Source of the DNA: Thecamonas trahens ATCC 50062
Taxonomy: Eukaryota; Protista; Apusomonadida
Length of the DNA stretch: 64,000 bases
Direction: 5' to 3'
Assembly (NCBI RefSeq): GCF_000142905.1
Contig: NW_013657612.1
Location: 6,159-70,158 of the forward strand
The notes beneath the pieces were generated by a model that was not told the origin of the DNA, did no database searches, and saw nothing but the letters and a program-made list of their open reading frames with translations. A program made the translations under genes and the position numbers. How positions within the stretch are numbered: the first letter of the stretch is position 1; every line of letters starts with the position of its first letter. Positions 33,401 to 43,700 of the stretch are shown in pieces.

Positions 33401-34456
33401 CTGCGCGGCAATCTGCATGTCGCGCATGGCCTCGAGCTGCTGCTTCTCGGCCATCAGCGCCATGTACTGCTCATACAGCGCGTTGGCATCCTCGGGCTCG
33501 GCGTCGTCGTCGAACTCGGCGTCGTCGCCCTGCGCCTGCACCTGCGACTGCAGGGCGGCGAGGTAGGCAGCACCGGCATCGGCACCAGCGGATGCCCCAG
33601 CCTCGGCCTCAGCCTCGACCTCGGCTGCCGCCTCGATCGACGGCACAAGCGTCTCCAGGTAGTTGGCGACGAGTGAAATGGTCTGCTCGTCCTTGTTCGA
33701 CTCGAGCAGCGACTGGAGCTGAGTAAGGTTGTTGCGGTGCTCTTGGAGCTGAGCCAGCTGGCTCTCCAGCGCATCCAACTCGCTTCGCTGCATCGACGAC
33801 TGCTCGCCAAGCGCAGACATATGCGCCACCATAGCCTCGAGGCCCTCGAGGTCATCGGCTGTCGTGCCTGTGGCGCACCGCAGCAGGATCGAGCGAGACG
33901 CAGTGAGAGAGGCGAGAGAGCGAGAGAGCGAGATAGCGAGAGAGCGAGAGTGTGAGAGAGCACACGCGCGGAAAGTTGCATGGTGGTAGCAGTGGTGGTG
34001 GTGGTGGTGGCGGTGGTGGTGGTGGTGGTGGTGGTGGTGGCCGAGTGCGACATTTTTCGAAAGACGGGCGAAGGGCACAAGGCGACATGGCGGGAGGAGG
34101 GGAGGGGTTAGTTGGTGGAGGGGCGTGGGGGGGGGGGTAATGGGGGGAATGAATGGAGGGGGGAAGGGGATGAGGATGTGGGTATGGGGATGGAGAAGAA
34201 CATTCGCACCTTGGAGTACGGCAGAGGGCGTGTTGTAAGCGCTACCAGGGCCAGTACGTCCGGCTGACCGTGGCGGGCTGTGTCGGCCTTGCGGGGTGTG
34301 GTACGAGGTCATTGGGGTAGATTCCAAGGTCATGCTGTGCGTACCTCCGGCGGCTGGACGACTCGCCTGCTGCCGACCAGGCGCAGATCCAGGTGGCGTT
34401 GCCACCATCTGAGAGATGCGCGGCGCTTGCGGCGTAAAGAACGTCCCCTGGCTCAT
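30434..34456 (-). CDS. PCM1: PCM1-like coiled-coil protein with PCM1 C-terminal domain; intron 33868-34209; 5' end uncertain
   Basis: Several coiled coils plus two blocks that match the PCM1_C pattern as I recall it: VYEAAVQFIVRVEDDPSYVSQLFTLLAQFDTPLLRVRVLASLDRLL and ILARYSGMDIAVFEEDVLKDLKDMLFTHLITLSLTDQL. Confidence 0.68.
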   Translation of the reverse strand: MSQGTFFTPQAPRISQMVATPPGSAPGRQQASRPAAGGTHSMTLESTPMTSYHTPQGRHSPPRSAGRTGPGSAYNTPSAVLQGANVLLHPHTHILIPFPPPFIPPITPPPTPLHQLTPPLLPPCRLVPFARLSKNVALGHHHHHHHHHRHHHHHHCYHHATFRACALSHSRSLAISLSRSLASLTASRSILLRCATGTTADDLEGLEAMVAHMSALGEQSSMQRSELDALESQLAQLQEHRNNLTQLQSLLESNKDEQTISLVANYLETLVPSIEAAAEVEAEAEAGASAGADAGAAYLAALQSQVQAQGDDAEFDDDAEPEDANALYEQYMALMAEKQQLEAMRDMQIAAQQELRAATAAAEQRQASPSPAKAPRQASAPPPSAAVRRDIFSPAKPRASSQAPPLARSSSQPLTAEDAANMPVEDLAELRKAHLLNLRWLQEQLVNQQASPAKASTAPVTAAAAPAPRREASREELDEDGIYNLLATVQRESSAGGNSVNILDQLAAQWSQLQSQYTQQRKATPPQALSASFAASASASSPAEAPRPARAASHSPSRSAQQAHAPVPGPAFEAQAAEMEALQARIGGLYDMLGATRDDIAAVSGDNVFGAYAAGEDGSVSEADSLSTRFLEDELYASNIKLQDLQLAVSYAKSLSSRAEQKAFFKDFVRYFSDSQESESEAGHGSDARASGVPSGAAAPDVLSLDSAHPAGTADLLATLNAELARAGSYSGGHDDGDDGASSVASVGLDSAVYEAAVQFIVRVEDDPSYVSQLFTLLAQFDTPLLRVRVLASLDRLLHDVTAEAAYLDEHAPKVGAKRHPTDDDELRERSAETRTARKRARKLKKAPPPAKKERPPRTVTFDAPLAAGGTATVDDDPTTTVIRNKIMEEMHALDQINYFIQSVQDSPNKFAVDSPTTPRAVVTSRPVAAAPVAAAAAPAAAAYDYAESVNDDEPSLASEDEGESPEDARFYEATRAERHVSITPEPPTQRPDATGELSAADSATASTSQARAMEDELAAARAELEYHQSRKAALEARRADLLAQQQAIVDMARSAGIDPAALGLDLGEFAGEEAADEAVEQEAQTPAEGDNDGGDGDGDGDDESTTSSMEATMNHILTNYHVDVYINDALLTEFGNLFKALAAMPESGGKFNDVVRQILEGLFAEFKYTKLNRPVDTNEFAAFSDILARYSGMDIAVFEEDVLKDLKDMLFTHLITLSLTDQLADEEATRTQLQAQATAVAHQQRQTSPPAQPSAQTQTQAPAPDNDAANAAGVAIEDVFSLLAAYDQAAAAQSPAENREGPSHDNGSAGQGYPAYSRHLEGFLAGGADGNTDPAAHPN
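33868..34209 (-). other. Predicted in-frame, stop-free intron (342 nt, GTGCGA...CACAG) containing (CAC)n and (CT)n repeats
   Basis: GT donor after CAAG and a CAG acceptor; the interior is microsatellite/low-complexity with non-coding composition; splicing keeps the frame (LQG|TTADD). Confidence 0.75.
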
Positions 34457-34750
34457 GATGGGAGAGGAGTGGTGCCGTCGCCCTTTGCCTCCTCCTCGCT
34501 GTCTCCCGGCCGGGCGCCAACCGAGTCAGGACCGGCCCGGCGGGCACAGGCATCACTGATGACGGCCTGAAACGTGTTGATCTAGATGGAAGTTACTGAC
34601 CACCTCCAGTAATCATCTCCCTATGCCGCGTAATGTGCACATCCGGTCTCTATCTCGCCAGCTGTGTGGCTGCAGAGCAAGGCCAAGTCGCACGCCCATC
34701 ACCATGATGTGTCGTCTTGTGATTGTACCTTTGTTTGTTTGTATTTGTCA

Positions 34751-35047
34751 TCGTTCATTCGTTCGTTCAGCATCATCGTTTATTCGTTCGTTCAATATTG
34801 TCGTTCGTTCAGCATCATCGTTCATTCGTTCGTTCAGTATCATAGTTCGTTCGTTCGTTCAATATCATCGCTCATTCGTTCGTTCGTTCGTTCGTTCTTT
34901 CATTCGTTCGTTCGTTCTTTCATTCGTTCGTTCGTTCGTTCGTTCAGCATCATCGCTCATTCGTTCGTTCAGTATCATCGCTCATTCGTTCGTTCGTTCG
35001 TTCGTTCGTTCGTTCGTTCGTTCGTTCGTTCGTTCGTTCGTTCGTTC
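34751..35047. repeat. (TTCG)n microsatellite interrupted by AGCATCATCG-type units
   Basis: Read directly; lies between the divergent PCM1-like and RPL12 genes. Confidence 0.95.
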
Positions 35048-35699
35048 AATGCCAATCACTCGTTGGTTTACTCAATCACTTCTTGAGCAATAATCGTCGT
35101 ATTCTTGGACATCCCACTTCCTAACGCGTACGTAGCAAATCATACAAATTCAGCAGGGACGAAATCCCTCTGCCCACCCACCCTCTCCCACCGAGAGCAT
35201 GCCACACTTCCAACCACAAAGAACTCCCTACGTGTGTAGATACAGTCATGCTCAACACTGTCATCTACTTTGTTTTCCTGGAAACACACACATGTTCTCT
35301 ATAGCCCCTTGGAAAGTAGCCACCAACCCCCCCCTTCCTCGGTCTCCCCGACTGCTGTCATCACACACTTCCAAACCCTTCCTCCACCCCCTCCCCTACC
35401 CACCCCGCCCCACCCCCTCTACACCCTCTACCCACCTCCACCCTCTCCACCCCCCAGTACCACCCCCACTGCCACCCCCATCCCTCCACCCTCCACCCTC
35501 CACCCTCCACCCCACCCCACCCCCCACCCCCACCACTGTGTGTTTGTCGGTGTCATTTGATTGATTGTTTTCACCATCCACCCCCCCCCCCCCCCCCCCC
35601 CCCACCACACACATACTCACACAGAACACAGTCGTTTAGGTGCACCCGTCAAAAAAGGTCGTTTGAACCCTTCATCCATCCACACCTCATTTGAGCAAC

Positions 35700-36182
35700 A
35701 TGGCTTCTGCTGATCCCATTGAGATTTGCCTGCGCGTTACCGGCGGTGAGGTCGGTGCTGCTGCTGCCCTGGCCCCCAAGGTCGGTCCCCTCGGTCTGTC
35801 GCCCAAGCGCGTCGGTGAGGACATCGCCAAGGCCACCGGCGACTGGAAGGGTCTCCGCGTCACCGTCAAGCTGACCGTCATCAACCGCAAGGCCACCGTG
35901 TCTGTTGTTCCGTCGGCTGCCGCCCTTATCATCCGCGCCCTCGACGAGCCGATCCGTGACCGCAAGAAGGAGGAGATCAAGCACGATGGTGACCTCTCGC
36001 TCGATGCCATCATGGACATTGCCCGCCAGATGCGCCACCGCTCGCTCGCCCGCCAGTTCTCCGGCACTGTCAAGGAGATCCTCGGCACCGCCGTCTCTGT
36101 CGGCTGCACCGTTGACGGTGAGGACCCGCGTGACATCCAGGCCGCCATCGACTCTGGCGAGATCGAGATCCCCGAGGAGTAA
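35700..36182 (+). CDS. RPL12: 60S ribosomal protein L12 (uL11)
   Basis: [77 protein letters not shown]; strong codon bias; ATG at 35700. Confidence 0.98.
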   Translation: MASADPIEICLRVTGGEVGAAAALAPKVGPLGLSPKRVGEDIAKATGDWKGLRVTVKLTVINRKATVSVVPSAAALIIRALDEPIRDRKKEEIKHDGDLSLDAIMDIARQMRHRSLARQFSGTVKEILGTAVSVGCTVDGEDPRDIQAAIDSGEIEIPEE

Positions 36183-36319
36183 GCTCCGGCTAGTGTCGGC
36201 GGTTGCCGCTCGCCTGTCGGCCCCGTCCAGGCGTTTGACTACGACTGCGCTCGGGTGTCCGGCTCGATGATGTAAACAGTTGGCATATTCTCAGTTTAGG
36301 TTGCACAGCATGGGCGCGA

Positions 36320-39300
36320 TCACTGCCGCCGCGAGCGCGAGGTGCGGCGAGCGGGTGTGGAGCTCTTCGCGCGCTTGGATGCGCGCGGGTTGGCGGCTGT
36401 GGCGCCAGTCGCGGAACGCTTGCGCTTGCCGGGTGTGGGCGGTGCCGCGTCGAGCTCGATAAAGTACTTTGCGGCGTCGACGTTATTCTTGGAGCAGAGG
36501 AGATCGACAAAGTACGACTTGGAGACGAGCGGGATGCCGGCGTCAACGAGGCTGTAGAGGTGCGGGATGAGGTCGGGCGACTTGGTGGCGACGTCGGGAG
36601 CGACGATGGCGATCGAGGCAGCGCTGCGGGTGCGGGCTGAGACCGGGGTCGTGACAGCGAGGACCGAGCCGCCGCCGGCCTCGATGACCGAGCGCGGGAG
36701 GCAACCGCCGAGAATGATGACCGACATGCCAACAAACGGGCCGGGCTCGCCGTCCTGGCGATGCTTGCGCCAGTATGCCGGCGCGCCGCGCCAGATGCCT
36801 GAGGCGCGGACGACGGCGTTGCCGGCGTACTCGTAGTCGACAAAGTCGGTGAGGAGCTCTCCGGCGGAAACCGAGGCGGCAATGTACGACGGCTTGATCA
36901 TCCACACACCGGCAGCAAGGCCGGAGAGGAACTTGGCGGTAGTGGCGATCTTGGGCAGGACAATGTGGGTGGCTGTTGCGTCGTAGTCATGGGTCGGCGG
37001 AATGACCGACGCGCCGAGCGCGGTGAGCTTGTTTGCCTGCGCCTGTTGCTCATCCGACGTGCCGCAGAGCAGAAAGCGCAGTTTGCACGCCGGGTCGACG
37101 ACACCGACGCCTTGCGCTCCAGTAGCGACGGCGCGCGCTTGGCGTCGAGCGACGGCAGGGTGGAGAATGATGGAGGCGGCGGGTTGGTTGATGGCGAGGC
37201 GGCTCCTTCGGCCTTGGAGGATGCTTCGGTCTCCTCGCTCTTGGCGGGTGTCGCTTTCTTGGCCTTGGCGACCGCTGCAGCCTCCTTGGCCTTGGCGGCC
37301 GCTGCAGCCTCTTTCTTGGCCTTGGCGGCGGCTTCTTTCTTGGCCTTGGCGGCCGCTGCAGCCTCTTTCTTGGCCTTGGCGGCGGCTTCTTTCTTGGCCT
37401 TGGCGGCCGCTGCAGCCTCTTTCTTGGCCTTGGCGGCGGCTTCTTTCTTGGCCTTAGAGTCCGCTGCAGCCTCCTCCTTGGCCTTTGCGGCAGCCTCCTT
37501 CTTGGCCTTTGTGGCCGCTGCAGCCTCCTGCTTGGCCTTGGCAGCCGCTGCAGCCTCCTGCTTGGCCTTTGCGGCAGCCTCCTTCTTGGCCTTGGCAGCC
37601 GCTGCAGCCTCGGCGTCCTCCTTGGCCTTGGCAGCCGCTGCAGCCTCGGCCTCCTCCTTGGCCTTGACAGCCGCTGCAGCTTCGGCCTCCTCCTTGGCCT
37701 TGGCAGCCGCTGCAGCCTCGGCCTCCTCCTTGGCCTTGGCAGCCGCTGCAGCCTCGGCCTCCTCCTTGGCCTTGGCAGCCGCTGCAGCCTCGGCCTCCTC
37801 CTTGGCCTTGGCAGCCGCTGCAGCCTCTTCGTCAATCTCAGAGGCCGCTTCGCCACCCTCCTTTCTCTTTGCCACGACAGCCTCGGCAGCAAGCGCACCA
37901 GAAACAGTTCTGGTAGCAGCGCGCTGGTCGGCGCTAACCGGCCCGCTTGACGTCGGCTCGGTCGTCGAGTAGCCAGATGCCAGTGTCGGGTACGGGGCGA
38001 GTGAGAGCGCCGCGCGGACAGATGGCGGGCCCGTCGAGGCGGTGCCGTCAGCGGCCACATCCATTGGCTCCGGCATTGGCTCCGGCACCTCGGGCACAGC
38101 CGCGTCTGGATCCTCGTTCTCGACTTGCGACGAAAAGTTGCTAATGGTCTTTCGCTCAATGTCGTCAAGCACGCTCTGGTCGAGCGTCGTATACGGCGCC
38201 GTGTCGACGAGCGTCCAGCTAGAAAAGACCTTCTCGATCCAAAAGTGCGAGACGACTGTGACGCCCCAGCTGACGGCCGACGTGTACTTTTCGCCCACAG
38301 GCTCAGCCGCAATGAGATGCGTGTGGTCCGCCGAGAGCTCCGACGTGTACTTCGCCCCGATCGCCACGATCATGTCGCGGACGTCCTTGCGCAGGTCGCC
38401 GGCGTACCGTGTGATGGCAATCCGCAGATTGCCAGCGTTGGGAATGGCGTCGTGTGAGACAACAGGATAGTACAGCGGCTTAAGTGTGGGCGGCAGCATC
38501 TGCCATACCTGCGAGCAGTCGTGGACCCAGAACTTGGTCACAATCGTCAGGCCGTCCGCCACCGCGCGCTGGTACTCGGGTGACGACTGAGCCACACAGA
38601 GCAGGTGCGTTGCAGACGGCGAGTACTCGGCAAGCACCCGGGCACCCATCGTCTCCAGTGACTCGGCGTACGACGCACGCTCGGCCTCGTCGTCCTCTGT
38701 AAGGCAAAACGTCGTCCCCGCAAGCAGGAGCGTCACGTCGGAGAACGTCGAGTCGACCGAAAACAACGACGACGCCTGCGTTCCAGACTTGCCTGTCGAC
38801 TGCGGTGTGAGCGTCATCGACGACGCCAGCTGCGACTGGATCATCCGCGCTAGCGAGAGCTTCTGCGAGTCGAGCAGCTCTGCCAGCGACGCCGCCACCA
38901 CGTACCCGTGCAGCGGGAGAAGCGTGTGCGCCGCCACAGAGTCCAGCAGCCACTCAACCATCAGCATCGGTATGCCGTTCTCCTTGGCAAACTTGTACTT
39001 GGCACCCATCGGCCGGTGGATGAGCAGCACCTGCGTGTCCGCCGTCAGCATCCCATCGTATTGCCCGCCAAGCGCCTCTATCAGCTTGACCAGTCCCTGC
39101 CGCACTTTGCGTGGAACCTGCGAGGTGCAAAACTGGATGTTGTTCAGCATCAGCGCCAGCGACTGATTCGTCCCAGCCACCGTCGCGCCCTTGGCCACCT
39201 CGTTCTGCAGCGAGATCAGGAGCTCGCCCGCAGCAGCAGCATGATAGCTCGAGACTTTCAAATAGCGGTCGACCGAAGCAGCTTGACCCAGCGGTGGAAG

Positions 39301-39561
39301 CGATCCCGAGCGAACTGCCTCGATGACCCATGACGGCGAGACGAGCGCAATCGAGTCTTTGAGTGCCTGCGGAACAGAGTATGACTTGTCACTGGCTACC
39401 ACATGGCTAACTGAAGGCGAGAGTGTTGCCGCCCACTCGCCGCCGCCCAGCACCACATACGCCCGGACAAGCTGGCTCACCGCCAGCGCATCGTCATTGC
39501 CAGGCCCAGCATGGCAGTGGAAGGTAAGTCCTTCAAACACATCCCGTCGGCCAGAGCTCAT
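36320..39561 (-). CDS. Six-BRCT DNA-damage scaffold (PTIP/PAXIP1, Brc1/Rtt107, plant BCP1-like); one -1 break at ~37130
   Basis: BRCT1-4 (VSPSWVIEAV; GGQY..GAKYKFA..VEWLLDS; THLLC..PLYYP; GAKYT..THLIAAEPVGEKY..WGVTVVSHFWIE), then an Ala/Lys/Glu repeat linker. The shifted frame gives RFLLCG..THIVLPKIATTAKFLSGLAAGVWMIKPSYI..DYEY..APAYWRK..GPFVGM..VIEAGGG (tandem BRCT pair). Confidence 0.85.
37255..37830 (-). repeat. Coding tandem repeat AAAAAKAKEEAE / AAAKAKKE (36-, 30- and 24-nt units)
   Basis: Repeated ttggccttggcagccgctgcagcc units. Confidence 0.95.
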
Positions 39562-39625
39562 CTCCTTGCCAGAGGGAGAGGGAGTGTGTGAGGGGGGGGG
39601 TGGGGGGGGGGGTTGGGGGGGGGGG

Positions 39626-39632
<7 letters not shown>

Positions 39633-39660
<28 letters not shown>
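39633..39660. repeat. (GA)n microsatellite next to G-tracts and the gap
   Basis: Read directly; a second (GA)n is at ~40049-40077. Confidence 0.9.
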
Positions 39661-39662
<2 letters not shown>

Positions 39663-39663
39663 T

Positions 39664-39763
39664 NNNNNNNNNNNNNNNNNNNNNNNNNNNNNNNNNNNNN
39701 NNNNNNNNNNNNNNNNNNNNNNNNNNNNNNNNNNNNNNNNNNNNNNNNNNNNNNNNNNNNNNN
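39664..39763. other. Assembly gap (100 N)
   Basis: N run. Confidence 1.
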
Positions 39764-40045
39764 AACGCGACATCCTCTGACCCCTTTAGAACGAGCCTAG
39801 TTACAGTAGCGCAAACAAATGCACGCCAAAGACAGGGAAGTTGTATAGCGCAAGGGAAGGCCGCCTGGCAAGTTGTGTGCTGGGCAAGGATGACGCAGCG
39901 CGCAGCCTGAAGCGGAGACTCCGCCCCCTAGTACCGGGGCAGGCAGGTTCTTACCAATCATCGCCGCCCGAGAATTCCTCTTCAGGACACAGGGCGATGA
40001 GATTGATGAAGCCCCCAACTACGTGGGGGTTGGTTTCGGGGGGGG

Positions 40046-40079
<34 letters not shown>

Positions 40080-40786
40080 GGTCAGCTCGTCGCAGTCCTG
40101 GTCGCCCCCACCCTGTCGTGTCTCGTCCGACACAGGACCGACCGACCGTCTCCCCTTCTACGACCTAAACTCGTCAGCATTTCGCAATCAAGCCAGATTC
40201 GGTAAGGGACGTTTTCCCCGCACAGACTTGAAGTTGGGTTAATTAAAGGGGCGGCCGCCTCGCCTTTGCACTCATCTATCACCACTCCTATGCTTCCTAC
40301 TTTCTCCATCCTATCATCTCCCTTTACATTTCCGTCCGTCATCTACAGTTTCATGTCTCTCCTGTCCTTCTTGTCTTTGCCATCGTACCGCCACGTGCAA
40401 CGTAGGCGAGAAAAAAACAAGTCTGCCTCTTGTTCGAAGGGACCATGACCAGGGCTGTCTTGATGGGTTGTGTGAGGGTAGTAGAGCAGAGAGAAACAAA
40501 ACTGTGTGATTGTAAGTGTAAGCATGTTAGTATAGAAGGTAGATCAGGGTTTGGTGGATGCGGTAGAAGTGGTATTGAGGGGGGGGAGGCGCGGGGTTAG
40601 GGGTTGGTCTCCGCCATCACCAAAAAAGATCATCCGCATTCTCGCTCCGCTTCCGGCGTGTGTTCAGTGCGGTGGATACTCGTGGCACGCTACCCCCCCC
40701 CCCCCACCCCCGCTCAGCCACGACCGTACCACCACCACAGCTAAACCCACGCCTCTCTCGTTCTCTCTCCAAGTCTTCGAGTCGCC

Positions 40787-43700
40787 ATGGGGACCACCAT
40801 GTCGAGTATGGAAGCCGAGGCTGTGGAACGCGTCCTTGCTACAGTGCCTGACCTTGCCCATGTGGCTGACCCCTTGGCCGTCCTCAGCATTCCGTCGAAT
40901 GGTATTCTCCCGTCTAACATGAGCCCGGACTTGATGCTGGCCTCTGCTGGTAGTGATTCGTTCCGAGTGAGTGCAAAGCGATTGGAGCAAGAGCAGAAAG
41001 AGATGGCAGTGCTGGATCAGGTGGCAGCTCTCTCTCGGGATGCTCCTCCGCAACTACTTGCTCGGCTCCGTGCTCTGCTCACGGGCCTCACGGCGGTCAC
41101 CATTGCCGAAGACGGCTTTGTCGCCATTGCTGCTCATCGCGAAGCGCTCGGCCTGGCCATCGCCTCCGCCATTGCCTCGGTGTTCAAGTCTTCAGCCGAT
41201 GCAGAGGCATCGACAGCCTCTCTGCCGGATCCGGACGACTCGCTTCGCCCCGAAGGTGGTGATGCCGGAGGCATGTCCGGGCTTATGGCTGGCATGCTGC
41301 CGCAGGCCGGTGCCTCGGCCGCGGATACCCTGGTCATGACCGGCCTCCGGACGCTCCTGCTAATCTCGTCGTCGGTCGCAACATCCTCGCCCGGCCTCCT
41401 TGCTGCGCTCCTCGCCGAGTTTTCCGCCACCCTGGCCGCGCTGCCCGACTTTTCGCTTCTCTCGCCGCGCATCCCGCGCAAGCAAGCGTTTGATTTGCAG
41501 GCGTCGGGCGTGACCCTGCCCGCCGCCATGGTGACCACGCTCCATGCTTGGCTCGCCACTCTTCCCAGTGATCTGGCCACTGCTGCGCTCGGCCTCCGTG
41601 CCTCGCTCGTAGTCCACCGCGGTGAGCTTCCATCGGTCCTTGCCCTCGCCCGAGAGCTCTATTTTACCGACGGCGACGTGCCTGTCGCCGCGCTTGCGCC
41701 AGCCCTTGCAACCGTTACCCGCTATGCGCCGCGCCGCCGACTGCCAATTCCGGTTGTCACTGCGAGCGCACCGAAGCCGCTCGAGTTTTCAGTCGAGTCG
41801 CACCCGCCTTTGCGGGACGATGGTCCGAAATTCTCGCCCGTGCTCGCCATGGCGGCCGACGGCGCTGTCTTTTGCCACTCTCCCAATGGCCTCTTCCGCT
41901 TTGCTGCTGGCCAGACCGGTGAGCCGAGCCACGCGGCCACATCAGCCGACGATGTCGTCTCGTCCAAGTGTGATGTCATTGTTGTCGGCGGCCTTGTCCT
42001 GCTTTACCCGGTCGACAGTCGCGGGCTTGCTCCGGTCCTTGCCGCCCACCCCCAGCTGTACTCGACGCTGGACGCCAGCTTGCCACCGACCTTTGTCGCC
42101 TATTCGGCAGCCAACCTGAGCCTAGTCGGCTCCGTCTGCGCCGACGGCGGCGGCTCGATCGCCACCGCCAACTTTGCCGACTACCCCATGTGGGCACCGG
42201 CCGAGCTCCGCGCCGCTCGTCTCGCCGATGCTGGCATGACCGCCTCCAGTCCGTTCACCGATGGGTCGAGCATCTGGTTTATTGCCTCAACTGCCGCACC
42301 CGAGCTCACGGCCGCCATGCGGGCCAAGCATGCTGGTACCATCAACGCCATGTACTTGCCGGCCGCGCGGTTCGAGGCTCTCCGCTTCGGCCTCGGACCC
42401 GATGCTCCGCTCCCTGCCGTCACGGTTCTCCACAAGCCAGTCTCGAGCGTCGGCCACGAGCTCTTTGCCCGCTACGACTACACCTCGAGCCGTAGGGTGT
42501 ACATCGATCCGAGCCTCCGCATTGCTGCGCCTGGTAAGCTCACAAAGTGGTCGATCTCTTCAGGCGGGCGTGGTCCGCTCATCCTCCAAGTCTACCGCCC
42601 GCGCGGCAGCAACACCTTTGAGCTTATTGGGCAGAACGTGTTCTACGCCGCCGGCTGCGGAAAAGCCGAGTACAATGTTGCCGACATTGACGTCATCGAT
42701 GTGGCCGCCGGCGATGTGCTCGGCGTCTATCACCTGGTCGATGAGCGTGGTATCGCGCTCATCAACGGCGCATCGAGTCCAGCCATCCCTGTGTTGCAGC
42801 CACCCGAGGGCGGCCTAGAGGTTGGCGGTGTTTACACCTCGTCGACCACAGATGCAATCAAGTTCTGCCTCCGGGCGACAGTCGAACCGAGCCGGACCAG
42901 CGAGCTGGCACCCGAGTCTCCCGAGTGCTGCCTTTCCTGGCGGCCAGCGCTTCTGAGCTCTACAAGCTTCTTTGCTGCCACCAATGGCGAGACGCTCGTT
43001 GTTGTCGCCGACGACAGCGCCCGAGGCCAGGCTGTCATCAACCCGCGGGTTGCGCGTGTGGTCTTCGAGTTTGCCCTCAGTTCCGGTGCGCTCGTCGAGG
43101 CCTATGGTCTAACAGACAACCAGATCCAGAGAAGCATTGCCCGGCTGGGCTTTGCCCCTCTCAACGGCGGCCTCTGGCTGCAGCCGCAGACGGACGCGGC
43201 CGATGCGACAGCCCTGGCTGTCATTGCTCCGACCGGTCCTGCTGGCTCCTCGCTCGTGCCGGACATCGAGCCTGCTGCGACCGTCGCTGCTGCCCTCGGC
43301 CCGCCGGCGTCTTGGGCGTCTGGCCCTGCCATAGCTGCAGGCCTTGTGGGCCATCTTGCGCGGATTGCCGAGAGTCAGGACGGAAGTGGCACCGCTGCGC
43401 CGCTGGGCATTCTGGTCTCGTTTGAGGCTATCGACGAGCTGACCAAGCTGGCGTCGGCAGCTGTGGCCAAGCTCGCCGTCACTCCGTGCGACAAGTCGAG
43501 TCAGACCATCCTCACTTCGGCGCTCCGCATCATGCTCACCAACGTGAAGGCGGGCGGATGGCAGACACTGCCGCAGGCCGGCCCAGCGCTCACGGCGGTC
43601 CACGCCGCGCGGGCGCTGGTCACCAGCTTGCTCTCAGAGACGGGGCTCGAGTCGGTCCCGGAGCTCTTTGCAACCGTATGCAGTCTTGTAATGCGCATGC

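Noticed and set aside
34623-35093. ORFs reading SFVRSFVR
   Set aside because: Translation of the (TTCG)n microsatellite
40239-40258. Adjacent PacI (TTAATTAA) and NotI (GCGGCCGC) sites suggesting vector or linker
   Set aside because: No other recognisable polylinker or vector sequence; NotI sites are common at this GC content
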